From: Octopus vulgaris
Lineage: Eukaryota
Assembly (NCBI GenBank): GCA_951406725.2
Contig: OX597816.1
Location: 164,920,001 to 164,984,000, forward strand
Direction of reading: 5' to 3'
DNA length: 64,000 bases
A model generated the notes under the pieces. It had not been told where the DNA came from, did no database searches, and saw nothing but the letters and a program-made list of their open reading frames with translations. A program made the position numbers and the translations under genes. Each line of letters opens with the position of its first letter. The stretch's first letter is position 1. Shown here piece by piece: positions 27,000 through 43,098 of this stretch.

Positions 27000-27720
27000 A
27001 TATTTAACTCGTCATTTATTGGTCGTGAATAACCTCCACTCTTGTCCAAGCCACCCTAACTCGAAGCCATCAAACTGATCGCACCTCCACCCTTTCTCCT
27101 CACACTTACCCCAACCGTATGTCTTTTCCTCTCCTTTTCCACTTTTCCAACCTACTCTTTCACCAGAAAAATTTTACGTGCGTCACGACTCATCTACCTG
27201 ATCCTACCATTCTTCTTATCCTTAGCAAACTTCTACTCTCCTTCAAACGCTCCTGAAACATATGCGACTTTCTGGTCCGCAGCTCCCTTTGCGCTCCCAA
27301 TTTTGCCCGCTCAGGATTCTTCCCTAGCTCCAGACACTTTTATCACATCAGTCAGTTTGTCACAAACAGCACTTGCTTCACAGAAACCAACTCCTGCACA
27401 ACTCACATAGATAATTCTTTCTCATGCATCATCTACTGTATTAAATGTCCTCTCTGCGGATCCTTATACATTGGCCAAACCGGTCACCGTTTTGCAAACC
27501 AATTCACCGAGTTCTTATGAGACATTCATCTCCGAAAACAGACCTCCGTTTCCCGTCATTTCCAGTAGGAAAACTACTCCACACAACACTTTACAGTATT
27601 AAGCTTAGTCTTGGATAACGGATCCACAACACCCAGACTTCCCAAGGAGCAACACTTTTTCTTTTCTCTTCAAATTCATACACCGTTTGGTCTCAACTCA
27701 CCACCTACCTTCATGTAACT
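27000..27720 (+). mobile_element. Decayed Penelope-like (Neptune-type) linker and GIY-YIG endonuclease
   Basis: SFKRS*NICDFLVRS...FSCIIYCIKCPLCGSLYIGQTG...VSRHF...RLPKEQ...PFGLN. Confidence 0.82.
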
Positions 27721-28228
27721 TCTCTCTACACTACTCGCCCCTACACACTTACATACATCAAGCGTATCCCAAAGTTCAGTCACGCACATACATAAATATA
27801 TACACACATACAATCGTATGTACTGTTCGTTCACATAACGTAGCTATGCAAATTTATACTGTCGAAGAAGAAGCAAAAAGGAAAAACGAACCTATGTAAA
27901 CTGTTTTGCTATTTATCAAAGCTGTCATTTTGCCTGCAGCTAAAAAAAGGATCAGGTTTTTTCCTCTAAGCAGGAAAATTTAATTTTCCGTGAAATGAAT
28001 TCTAAACTTCTAGAAAATTGCACTCACTTTTTCTTTGTGAATGAATAACAATTAGTATTAGATTTGTAACTATTAGAGTTGTTTTCTGTTTTTTTTTCTC
28101 CAACTAGAATTTCAGTTAATTGAAATTGTTTTTGCGTATTTCATTGTACATCATGCAATGTATCACCGACTAACGAAAGTAACACAATTCATATCATTAA
28201 TCGACGTAATTTCCTCTGTGTGTGTGTT

Positions 28229-28297
<69 letters not shown>

Positions 28298-28448
28298 AAA
28301 CAGTCGGGAAACAAAAATGGCGTTTAAAATTTACGAAAGGTACGACTGTGTAAGACGTTTGCCTTCCAACCACATGGTCCCGTTTTAGTCCTACTGCCCG
28401 GCACCTGGGCCAATCGCCTTTTGCTGACCAAAGCCTTGTGAAAAGCGG

Positions 28449-28493
<45 letters not shown>

Positions 28494-28928
28494 GCAGACA
28501 TAAACTCTTAGCTTAAAACCACAAGATTGTGCAACACTTTGGGTAGAATTGCATAGAATCTTAACTAGAAAAACAAACTGGATGCAAAGAAAAACCATAT
28601 CGTGAGATATCCACGCAGTAGAAACATGTCGGGCATATTTTAATTAATATATACTGTTTAATTGACTGTAATAATGATTTTAAAAAAACGTATAGTGGTA
28701 CTAATCTTAATCTCCTTATGCATTGACTTGTTTTGGATATGCGCTCTGAAAACTATTTATAATCCAAAGAAGCGAACTTGGGATTTACACATCGAATGAA
28801 AGGTATTGGGATTGTGTTATATCGAACAACCCGAGGTTATTCCTTACCATTCGATGCGGTTAGCCATAACTTGGATTATAATTGGGTGCTCGAATGATTC
28901 CCGCATGGATATATTATCCGTATCTATT

Positions 28929-29033
<105 letters not shown>

Positions 29034-29330
29034 TGTATGTATGTATGTATGTATGTATGTATGTATGTGTGTATGTATATATATGTGTGTGTGTATCAAT
29101 ATATAATTATATATATATATATATATACATATATACATATATACATATATACATATACATATATATATACATATATACATATATATATACATATATATAG
29201 ATAGATAGAGAGAAAGAGAGAGATACACGAGTAAGCACGTAAATGCAATACAAGGTGGAAAAAATAGTACTTGAATACTGAAGGTAGAGTAATATGCTTT
29301 TCTATTAAAGCTGCAAAAATATCACACAAA

Positions 29331-29372
29331 AACTGTTACACAGAGTTTCGCGCTTTCGCTCGTCGGACAGTT
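29331..29372 (-). ncRNA. Minimal hammerhead-like motif, U4C core (CCGACGA)
   Basis: aactgt CCGACGA gcg-aaag-cgc GAAA c-tctgt-GUA acagtt; 6-bp stem I; same family as 47829-47866. Confidence 0.65.
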
Positions 29373-29431
29373 GTGATCAAGACTCAGTCTTGATGTTTTT
29401 CAGCTTCAATAAAAAGAAGACCTCTCTTTCT

Positions 29432-29530
<99 letters not shown>

Positions 29531-29690
29531 CCGGAAGAAGCACATAAATGTGAAACAAAGTGGGAAAAAGAGTACTCAAATGCCAGAGGTAGAGTAATAT
29601 ACACAAACAGGAAGTGAAACTCTGAGTAACAGTTTTTGTGTGATATTTCTGCCGCTTTTAATAAGCTATTTATATACATACATACATACA

Positions 29691-29724
<34 letters not shown>

Positions 29725-29905
29725 CATATATATCTGTGTGTATATAGATATAGATAGATTATGTATATATATACACATATATATATATACGCGCACAAAC
29801 ACACACATACATAAAGAGTTAGACATAGAGAGAGGGAAACAGAGAGAAATATATAGATAGAAAAATATTTAGTGATAAATATGTAGATAGATAGACAGAC
29901 AGACT

Positions 29906-30006
<101 letters not shown>

Positions 30007-30997
30007 GTTGTATGTATATATATGCATGAGTTCAAGTGGGGTAAAACAATTGACTTTATAGTAGTGTATTAAAAAAAACAGTCGGTATCTTATATAACTT
30101 GTTTAATGATAAGCCGTTTCTTTTCTTTGGCGGTGAATTTGGTAAACAGAAACATTAAACGCATTGCATTGATTTTTCTCTGGTACAGGAAGAAGACCAA
30201 ATGCCTGGCATCCTTTCTGTCATATTTGCTGCTAACTCTAGAATTTTTGTGAAATAAGTATCTGTGCATTATACCCAAAGAATGGATGAAATTAAACTTG
30301 TACACACAAACATCAGCCATCGCTAATAAATCGAGTTTGCCTTTCGTTTATTGCACATAAACAAATGCTGCGCAGGATCAAGCAGAGAGCTGCATTGCAA
30401 TTTCCTGGCATTTATATAAAGGAGAAGATATTACTCTTTGATGTATTTATTAAGCGTAAACGACAGGTATTGAAATAAAACCTCCATATTTTGCATGATG
30501 CTTGATTTGTGGCTTTCTGTATTTACATATACATGGAGACAGACACACTCAGCACACATAGACAAGGACACACTTATACAAACCAATAAACACACACATA
30601 TATTCATATATATATATATGCACATACACACGTGTACAATGCTTATACACACATATATAACATATAAATACAGATATACATCATCTATATCTTTCTAACA
30701 AAATAATTTATATATCGTTTAAGAAGCAGAGGATTTAAATGTGAGCTACTATAAGTTTCATGCTCTGATAGTACAATAATCGGACAAGCTTTATAGCGCG
30801 CTGTGAACTATCCTGTCATCTTTCAGGCTCAAAATACAACATGGCTTCTCTCTAAGAAAAAAAAAAGCCTTTTTGTCAGAGAACATATATGTGTATGTGT
30901 GTGTATCTATGTATGTATGCATATATACATACATACACACATATACTATTGTATGTACATATGCATATCCATCTATCAATCCATCTATGTATGTATG

Positions 30998-31120
<123 letters not shown>

Positions 31121-31253
31121 TAAAAAACGTTAGGGTAGCAAAAGTATTTATCGAAAAAATATTTATCGAAAAATTTCTTTGTTACCAGTGGTCTAGCGAG
31201 AAGGAAAAAATTTAGTCAATAGACTATACATTATTCAGAGAAAAATACAGTGT

Positions 31254-31500
31254 ACATTCAAATACATCAGAGATAACCAAAAAATATAGGATATCTGACT
31301 CACTAGAAAGAACAGTTAAAACTCCAAGCCACTAATTGTTGTAATTCTAAAAGGGAATGCAAAAAGTAAAATAGGGTAAAAGTTTTTATTTTTTGCATTC
31401 CCTTTCAAAATTCCAACAATTAGTGGCTTATAGTTTTAACTGCTCTTTCTAGTGAGTCAGATATCCTATCTTTTGGTTATCTCTTATGTGTTTGAATGTA
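31254..31500. repeat. Imperfect inverted repeat (~118-bp arms) between (TA)n tracts
   Basis: Arms about 31254-31371 and 31384-31500, with several mismatches. Confidence 0.85.
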
Positions 31501-31528
31501 TAGTACAGTATAGTACAGTATAGTATAG

Positions 31529-31593
<65 letters not shown>

Positions 31594-32575
31594 CATACAC
31601 ACACTACATTCATTCAAATGAATACATGCATAGATATATATAGGTATATAGACATACGAGGGGTGAAGTTAGGCTGGGAAACTAGAGAAGATGTGGTTTA
31701 GAATCAACACATATGAGGAAAGTTGGCCACCACCCGACAAAAGCTACAAGTGTAAGTAACTAAATGTGCTAGGATTTGTGAGGGCAGCAGAGGTATACTC
31801 AGTACTGAAGACACATATCTCCCACGCAAAATACACTCAGAATAGGACTATCGAAAACCTGATTCTTCAATTCACATCAAAGGCTCTTGGTGCTAACACC
31901 TTGAAGATAGCTTCACGAATAACTTTATGTTGAACGAGCTCATTATAAAATCGAACGCAGGAGTGACTGTGTGGTAAGTAGCTTGTTTACCAACCACATG
32001 GTACCGGGTTCAGTCCCACTGCGTGCCACCTTGGGCAAGTGTCTCCTAATATAGCCTCGGGGCGACCAAAGCCTTGTGAGTGGATTTGGTAGATAACGAT
32101 AGCCACTGTGGTTTTAACAATTAGCTTCACGTCCACCCCACAGCTATAGAGAAATTCTTCCCTAAGCCTTCGAACATTCTTTAAATCAACGTACACTTCC
32201 CTCTCCACTTGTTCCCTACCTACTACTCCTTTATATCTTCCCTTACTACTACCTATCTTTGACGTCTGTCTCTCTCTCACACACACAATCACACACACAG
32301 ACACAAATGCAGTTATATACACACACACATACACGCACACACAAACACACGCACTCATTAACACAAGCACTCATTAACACAAGCACACACCCACACATTT
32401 CCATACATACAGCAAACATACTGTCCCTTACCTATTTTTACTTCCTCCTACCATCCATTTTTGACGTCAATGTCTCTAACGGATTTTAAGAAAAAAACAC
32501 TCATTATCGCTTTGGTTACCATGTAGGCAATCATCGAAATTTTTGTTCGTCTTGTTGTCAAGAGAGGCTTCTTTT

Positions 32576-32657
32576 CTTTCCTGATGAGAAGATTGCATAA
32601 TGCACCCTTTATTCCTTCGGAATGAAAATATGCTGTCTTCGAAACATGTGTCGAGAG
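32576..32657 (+). ncRNA. Type I hammerhead ribozyme, canonical core, GUC site
   Basis: Stem I ctttc/gagag; CUGAUGA 32581-32587; stem II gaagat-gcata...tatgc-gtcttc; GAAA 32641-32644; c-atgt-GUC. Confidence 0.82.
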
Positions 32658-32883
32658 TAAAAAAATTTTGTTAACACCTTCGTTCGACTCCATTCTTTCA
32701 TTTATTCATATACAACACACAAATTTCTACACATGAACCCGGAGTTTCTACCCTTGACAGGTCGCTTCAACCGTGTTTTCTGACCTGAATTTGCTACCCA
32801 GGTTTCGGTGAAACGAATTTTCCATGCTGACGATAAACATAGGATAATTCATTCACCTACTTAAATATATATATATATATATA

Positions 32884-32920
<37 letters not shown>

Positions 32921-33112
32921 GAGTAAATGCGCTAAGGAGTGTTTACGTATAGTCACAAAGGTTAGTTGAAATATGTGACAAACATATTTCAACTAACCTA
33001 AATTGTGAATATATATATATATATATATATATATCGTGCGTGTGTATTTACGCAATCTATATATTCATACACATACACACACAATATACATACATGCATA
33101 TACGTGCATACA

Positions 33113-33199
<87 letters not shown>

Positions 33200-34028
33200 G
33201 CATCATTATTATCTACTAATTCCCAATCATCCCTGTTCCTGTGTTTTCAACATCCACCTTCACCTTCGATTACTCTGTGTTCGATACAGCCAGCCAATCA
33301 AACTGCGTCTTATGTAATAGTATTATTTTTCTCCTGACATTAGACGTAAAAGAAAAAAAAAATGAACGCCAAACAGCGAGGGAATGTCGAGTTAGCTGTT
33401 AGCTCTTCTTCCGAAACATTACACGGATTCTGTTTGAGTTCCAGTGTTTTGCCAACATTATCTCTATCTGTTTTGAAAACATCACGATCTCCACTGATGC
33501 TTCTTGGGAAAATTGGTTTATTGGAAATATGCATTTGTTTTTTAGACTGTTTTTCTTTGATTTTATTTCGGGTATTTTTGTAGTTTATCAATATACGTGA
33601 GGTTTAGGCAATATATATAAACAGGAAAGCAAAGTGATACGTACTTACAGGCGCAAACATCTATATACATATAGAAATATATATATGTGTTTGTATATAC
33701 AAACACATATACATGTTTGTATGTGTCCGTTGTTTGTGTGCATGCTTTTGTGAATACACATGCATATGTAAGCATATATATGTGTGTATGTGTGTTAAAT
33801 ATATCCAAACTTGTGTATTTGTCCAAGATTGCCCCCCAAAAAGACAGAGAAATAAACAATATGCAGGAACGTGTGTATATAATATATATATGTATATATG
33901 AGTGTGTGTGTGTATGTATGTATGTATACGTAGATATACATAGATACACAAGTACATGCATACACACTTATATTCACACATGTATATATATATAAATATG
34001 TGTGTACACACACACACATACAAGCACG

Positions 34029-34119
<91 letters not shown>

Positions 34120-34899
34120 GAATATGAATATCTGCGTACACACCCACCAATACAAATATACGTTTCTAAATTCGTGTAAAATACATTGTATTAAGGTGCC
34201 GACGAAACACATCCCATATAATCTTCACTATTTGATAACGAAATCTCCGAAGCTGCAGGCAGAACATTTCCTACAATAAACAATTTTGTTTCCATATTTT
34301 TGCTCATATGAAATCTATATTCATCACAGTAAGCGATATTGAATAGAAAACCAGATTACTACAAGGAAATAGGTTAAGCCACGTCTATTATTTTTGATTC
34401 CGAAGCAAGAAACCGCATAATTTATTTTCTCCTTCTTCTTTCAAAATGGACGTATGATAAATATAGCAGGCGACCTTTCTCTCAGATTCATCAATAGCCA
34501 TTACGACATAGATGTTTACATTGCATGTAAGTGTAGGTGTGTTAAAGGTTCTTTCTATTTATCTTATATACTTCGAGGGCAGATCAGGTTGTCGTCAATT
34601 CAATATCGTGACATGTTTCTTCGGAGATCAAATTTTTGGGGCTTCCGCTGAAAAGTTAAAAATGTATTTATTCAACAATACTTTTATGGTATCCTTAGAA
34701 AAGAAATTGCAGTATTAGATCAATCTCTGACGTCAAATTCTCAAAGAATTTTTTCTGTTGTTTCATGTACCATTTCTACGGACGTCAGCGATCATAGACC
34801 CAAGAGTCTTCTGTCACACATAAACACTTAACACACTGGATCGATCTTTTTGTAGCTACCTAGTAAAGCCCATTGATCATGACGTTCAATGAACTTTGA

Positions 34900-35520
34900 T
34901 CGTTGCTTCCTTAAGCGAGTAATCTCTATTTGTCGAAACCAAGGTATTAGCAATGTAGTCAGTATCGGTCCCTGTGGTCCCCGAGGTTCTATGTAGCCCT
35001 GTAACTCAACGGTTCTGCAATAAAAATAAATCCTGGAGTCGATTTGTGAGACTAAACCCATCAAGGAGCTGCCCCAAGAGTGAAGGTGAATTTCGCCCAG
35101 TCGCCCTCGACACTCTGCAAAGAGTTGGCCCCGAAATCCGTTTATTTATATACTTCTTTAAAAGTCGTTCTAGAGGGTTTTATAAGGATGCACAAAGTGG
35201 TGTCTCGATACTGATAGACCAGTTAATCAGCCTATGGCAAGATATGACTGTTACTAAACCGTGGCTTTAACCAGCATTGGGTAAAGATATGATCAAACAG
35301 ATTCCATAGGGGTTGGTGTAGGTCTGCGTTCGCAAGACATGCACTATTCAGTGTAATCGATAAAACGTGTATAGTCAAACTGTCGTGCGGGAGTAGAAAA
35401 TCCAACGTTTCGAACAATGTCCTTCTTCTAGGGAAATTTGACAGGAGAGAAACTATGAGAGGATGTAAAACTCTGCCGTTTCTTATTAATTGCTCTTTAG
35501 TCAACTTTCCCTTCAGAAAG
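34900..35520 (+). mobile_element. Possible very old RT remnant
   Basis: PKSEGEFRPVAL and RETMRGCKTLPFLIN loosely resemble RT motifs; many stops. Confidence 0.3.
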
Positions 35521-36772
35521 GTCTGTCTGATATCTTGGATTTACCATTCCTCACGGCAAGTTCACTGGATTCTTTTAATCGATATTTTTTAATATCAAAT
35601 ACAGGAAGTTTTCTTCACAATTATATGATTCTGGTTTCGCTCCCCCTGCGTAACACATTCGGCAAGTATTTTCTACAATAGCCTCGGGTCGACCAAAGCC
35701 TTAGAAGAAGGCGGAAACTGAAAGAAGCTCGTCGTGCATATAAATGTGTGTGTCTTTGTGTATGTGTTTTCCCCCTCCCCATCGCTTGACAATCGTTGTT
35801 GGTGTGTTTACGTCCCAGTAACTTAGCGGTTCGACAAAAGAAACTGATAGAATAACCATCAGGCTTAAAAGTAATACTAGGGGCGATTCGTTCGGCTAAA
35901 ATTCTTTAAGGTAGTGCTCCAGCATGGCCGCAGTGTAATGACTGAAACCGGAAGACGATAAAAAAATAAATATCTGTCTTAGTTCGATATTTGACTAAAA
36001 AGACATAGATTGGTTAAAACTCGTCTGCAAAATACAGTGAGAAATAAAAACAAAGTATATATTTTTTTAAGAAAAAGGAGAAAAAATGGTATTGGATTGA
36101 ATGGATTAAGATCAATTTTGCTCGATAACCACCAAATATAGATATTAATATAATGAATCAATAAAGAAATCAATTAATTAAAGAAAATAATTAGATTTTC
36201 AAACAGGAGAATGCAAACATGAAACGGTCAGAAACAAAATGGCGGATTTTTTATGCGTATATGTGTGCATGTGTGTATGTGCACGTATGTATGTGTGTGT
36301 CTGAGTGAGTGTATGTGTATGTGCGTCTGTATGCGTTTGTCTGTATGTATGTGTGCATTTGTGTAAGTACTTGTGCTTGTATGTATGTTTGTACGTGTGT
36401 ATGAGCATATGTGTGAATGTGTTTCTATATGGGTATGTGTATGTTCGTGTGTGTATGTATGTATATGTGTTCACGTATCTGTGTCAGTATGCGTTTGCGC
36501 TTCCATATTTATGTTCGTATGCGTGTACGTGTATATCTGTATATGGGTTCCTAGCTGTGTGTATGTGAATGAATGTGTACGTGAGTCTGTATGAGTGAAC
36601 GTGTGCTATTTTTTGTTAGAGAGGAACTGAACTTTTATGTTTGGTTTTACAAAACATATTTTAAATTTTTATGTCTTTTATTTCGTTTCGGGATTTCATT
36701 TGAAGATCTGATGTTTTATAACATTGTATTCTAATAAATATTGACAAAGACATTTCGGAAAAGACATAAATG

Positions 36773-38550
<1,778 letters not shown>

Positions 38551-38552
38551 TG

Positions 38553-38586
<34 letters not shown>

Positions 38587-38600
38587 TGATGATGATAATG

Positions 38601-38702
<102 letters not shown>

Positions 38703-38870
38703 TAAAATAATATGGTGGGAGAGAGCGGGAGCCAGATTCATTTTTATCCATTCTAATAAAACAAAAAATATTCAATGAAATTAGATTTAATGAGATAACA
38801 AAGGAAAGAGAAAGAATAAGAAAATTATATATTGATAATAACAGTATTGGCAATTTGCAAATACTATTCG

Positions 38871-38946
<76 letters not shown>

Positions 38947-38957
38947 TGATGATGATG

Positions 38958-40974
38958 ATAAAGCCATGAACAAAGTTGCACCAACAATTATAAAGTACAT
39001 AGGACACTATGAATAAAGGGCAAACAGTGCTACAGCTCCAAACAAAAGAGGGACTTGTGAAAACCAAAGCCATCCCCATTAGAAGAGGAATATTCCAAGG
39101 AGATACGCTCTCTCCACTCCTTTTCTGCTTGCCACTGTCACCTCTATCGGATATGCTAAACAGAACTGGATGCGGATATAAATGTTACGTCAAAAAGATC
39201 AGCCACCTTTTATATATGGATGACCTAAAGCTATACGCTACAAATGACAAACAGCTGGAAACACTACTAAAAACAGTTCATGGATTTACCAAAGAAATAG
39301 ATATGAAATTTGGAATAGAGAAATGCGCCAAAGTAACCCTGAAAAGAGGAAAACTAATTAAGAGTAGCAACATCACACTAGATAAAACCAATGAAATAAA
39401 AGAATTAGACCAAAGCCAAACTTACAAATAATACTTAGGAATCCATGAACTAGATAAGACACAACACACACAAATGAAAGAGAAAATAAAAAAGAATATT
39501 ATAGACGAGTTAGATCAATACTGAAAACAGAGCTCAATGCTAAAAACAAGATAATAGGTAACAACACTTTAGCCGTACAGTTATAAGTTACAGCTACAAT
39601 ATCTTTAACTGGACACTAAATGAACTGACCAAAATAGATAGGAAAACAAGAAAAATAATGAAAGGATCTAGGATGCATCACCCAAAATCTGACATAGAAA
39701 GGCTATATATACAACGTATAGATGGTGGTAGAGGCCTTATACAGCTGGAAAACTACTATAAAATAACCACCATAGGACTGCAAAAATATCTACTTCAGAA
39801 GGAAGGAAAACTGATACAAATAGCGGCAAAATACGAGCAAAACAAAAATCTGTTCTCAGTATTTAAGGAAGCTGACAAATACAAACAAGAAATCATACCA
39901 CCGAATAAATATGAAGAAGAAGAAGAAGAAGAAGAAGAAGAAGAAGAAGAAGAAGAAGAAGAAGAAGAAGAAGAAGAAGAAGAAGAAGAAGAAGAAGAAG
40001 AAGAAGAAGAAGAAGAAGAAGAAGAAGAAGAAGATGTATAAACAACAAAAGTTATAAAACAAATGAAATCCAAACTAAAACTAGAACAGCAACGAACCAT
40101 GATAAAACGATGTCAAGAAGAGCCCTTTCATGGGAAATACTGGACTAAACTAAATGTAAAAGAAATAGACAAAGAAAAATCCCAACAATGGTTGAGAAGC
40201 TCAGGACTCAAAGCAGAGACAGAGGGATTTTTAATTGCAGCACAAGACCAAAGCCTCCCCACCAGAAATTACCAAAAACATGTAATGAAAAGAAATATAA
40301 CAAGTAACGGCAGAATATGTGGAGATAGACAAGAAACAATAAATCATATTATCTCTGGCTGCCCAGTCCTGGTTAAGAAGGAATATATTCACAGACACGA
40401 CAGAGTTGGGACCTATATACACTGGAAACTATGCCAACATTATGGAATAACAACAGAAAAAAGATGGTATATGCACACACCAGTAAAGGTCACAGAAAAC
40501 GAGAAATCAACCATACTCTGGGATATGCCAATACACACAGATATAGAAATTAAGGCCAACAGACCAGATATAGTTGTCAGAGATCATGAAGAAAAAAAAG
40601 CTTTCTAATTGATGTATCAATACCGGCAGATGACAACGTGTCTCTAAAAGAAATGGAGTAACTTTCAAAATACAAAGACCTGGAAATAGAGGTAACTAGA
40701 ATGTGGAATCTGAAAACAGAAACAATTCCTATCATAGTAGGTGCATTAGGCAGATAAAAAAAATATTCAGACAAATACATAACAAAACACCAGGACTTAC
40801 AAACACAAATAACATACAGAAAATTGCACTACTAGGCACTGCACACATCCTACGCAGAACACTTTCCATACAATAACCATCAGAGCATCACAACAAATCA
40901 CAGCACATACCTAAGGCACACAGAGCTGCGCTCGATAGTGAAGTGAAAGCACGATTTAAAAAACATACTACCGA
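38958..40974 (+). mobile_element. R4/Dong-like LINE copy 4 including the RT core
   Basis: GIFQGDTLSPLLF, HLLYMDDLKLY, zinc-knuckle region and RLE; internal (GAA)n expansion at 39913-40033; (TAA)n flanks. Confidence 0.93.
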
Positions 40975-41001
40975 ATAATAATAATAATAATAATCATAAT
41001 C

Positions 41002-41057
<56 letters not shown>

Positions 41058-41113
41058 GGTTGTGGTGGTGGTGGTGGTGGTGGTGGTGGTGATGGTGATG
41101 GTGATGTTGATGG

Positions 41114-41174
<61 letters not shown>

Positions 41175-41530
41175 GAAGAAGAAGAAGAAGAAGAAGAAAC
41201 TTGTGTAATAAAATTTAAAATAAAAGAAGCGAGCTATTATTAGCAAAATCTCGTTTATATCGTCTGTCGCAGAGAGGTTAACGAGACCAGGAAGGTCGGT
41301 CATTGGAAATTTATTTTGCAAGATTATATGGTAGCCGATATGGTCCAAAAATATTTACGAAAGAAAACCGAGATTTTTTTTAATGCTAACTTTCTTTCTT
41401 TCCCTCCCTCCCTCCTCCCCCTCTCTCTCTCTCTCTCTTCCTCTCTTTTTCCTCCTCTTTTTCTCTCACTTTTTCTCTCTGACTCGCTTATTCTTTCTCT
41501 CTCTTTCACTCGTTCTGCACCTTTATTTTT

Positions 41531-41583
<53 letters not shown>

Positions 41584-41629
41584 GCACGCAGAGAAACTCT
41601 CTCTCCCTCTATTTCTCGTTCAATTTTTC

Positions 41630-41985
41630 TTTGGTATGCTGATAATACAAAGAGGCTAAGTAGTGTCGTCTGATGGTGTAGAGCTACCCAACGGCGAGAA
41701 AATCAAGGATATTGAGACTAATGGATATAAATATCTGGGGATTTTGGAATACTATAAAATCCAGGTAAGTGAAATGAAAGAAGGCTTTAGGCGAGAAGAA
41801 CCACATTAATTATGGGAAGTAGACTCAATGGAAAATAAAACAAAATCAGGGCAATGAACACATTGGTTGTTTCTTTAATGCGATACGGCGCAGGTGTTGT
41901 TAGATGGACAAAGAACAAGCTTGAGGAAATGGACAGGAAAACTAGAAAGGTGACGACAATTAACAAAGAACTACACCCCGAAAGC
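41630..41985 (+). mobile_element. Fragment of a second R4-clade RT subfamily
   Basis: DGVELPNGEKIKDIETNGYKYLGILE...NTLVVSLMRYGAGVVRW...DRKTRK...LHP. Confidence 0.75.
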
Positions 41986-42217
41986 GAAACTGAATTTTTT
42001 CACCCTCATTTTAATTTTAATTTTAAATTAATACGTTCTCAAACCGGCAAAACCTACTGCATTAAATTATTTTATGCAGTATTATTTCCAGTAATTTAGC
42101 GCGCCAAAACGAGGACTTTTAAAAAAATAACCACAAGTGTAATAGGTAGAACTGCATACATGTTCTACCTCGTGAGGATGTCTGGTGTGTAGTTCTGCGA
42201 ATTATATTTGTATGGTC

Positions 42218-42295
42218 GATCATACTGAAGATCTACAGACAAATTGCGTAAGTAGAATTACGTAATCTGTTAATAGTGAAACATTGTTTATGATT
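42218..42295 (+). ncRNA. Type I hammerhead (CUGAAGA, U10.1/U11.1, GUU site)
   Basis: 7-bp stem I gatcata/tatgatt; long stem II including attgcgtaa/ttacgtaat; GAAA 42278-42281; c-att-GUU; 3' flank homologous to the 10.1/16.2-kb family. Confidence 0.75.
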
Positions 42296-42440
42296 AATTT
42301 ATATTTTTGTTACTTTTCATTTGTCATGCTCGCTTACGTTTCTGGTGTTTGATAAATTTTCTAGAGAACATTTCATAGTGGTAAGGCGATAGTGGATCTA
42401 CTTCTAGTATTAGGGTGTCCACATAGTGGTAATCTCTCTC

Positions 42441-42481
<41 letters not shown>

Positions 42482-42664
42482 TAAATAAATGGTACAACGA
42501 AGCACCGATATTTACTGGAAAATAGCGAACGTAATAAATACGACGCTAATGTATAGCTTCACTGCGTATGTACTAGTAAAGATGCGTGTGTGCAACAAAC
42601 ATGAAAAAAATTGTCTTACCTCCAGGAAAAACATCTGAAAAATGAAAAACCTAGATAATGGATA

Positions 42665-42737
42665 ATCCAGTACCGGTTTCGGATTTTTCAAAATACGCTT
42701 GCCAAATGTATACTTGATTTATCCTCTTCGGCTGCAT
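42665..42737 (-). ncRNA. Hammerhead-like motif, U4C core (CCGAAGA), ACCGGT palindrome
   Basis: atgcag CCGAAGA ggat..tcaa.atac...gtat.ttga..atcc GAAA ccg GUA ctggat; bracketed by an inverted repeat 42582-42610 / 42752-42780. Confidence 0.62.
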
Positions 42738-42775
42738 AAACCTCGACAGCATTTTTTTCATGTTTGTTGCACACA

Positions 42776-42843
<68 letters not shown>

Positions 42844-42864
42844 TATATATGTACATATACATAT

Positions 42865-43098
42865 ACAAAAATGGAAAGTCCAGTTATTTACAGGTTGACG
42901 GAAGAAAACGCCGGACAAAAACGGCTTTATTAATCGCATTCTCACCTGGAATCGATTTTTGTAATTTTTTCAAGATTTATACACGCCCTGATACCGTTGG
43001 TATCTACATATCAAATTTGAGCGCAATCGGATGGAGAATGCCCGAGATCCGAGAAGACACACACACACACACAGACAGAACGGATTTTATATAAGAGA
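42865..43098 (+). mobile_element. Possible non-autonomous Helitron/Helentron-type 3' end
   Basis: caaatttgagcgcaatcgg...acacacagacaga...ttttatataagaga resembles such ends; recognition from memory only. Confidence 0.4.

Noticed and set aside
31805-31865. CTGAAGA...GAAA as a hammerhead
   Set aside because: No stem II or stem I pairing.
33340-33591. 83-aa non-repetitive minus-strand ORF as a host exon
   Set aside because: Non-ATG start, no good splice acceptor and no recognisable motif.
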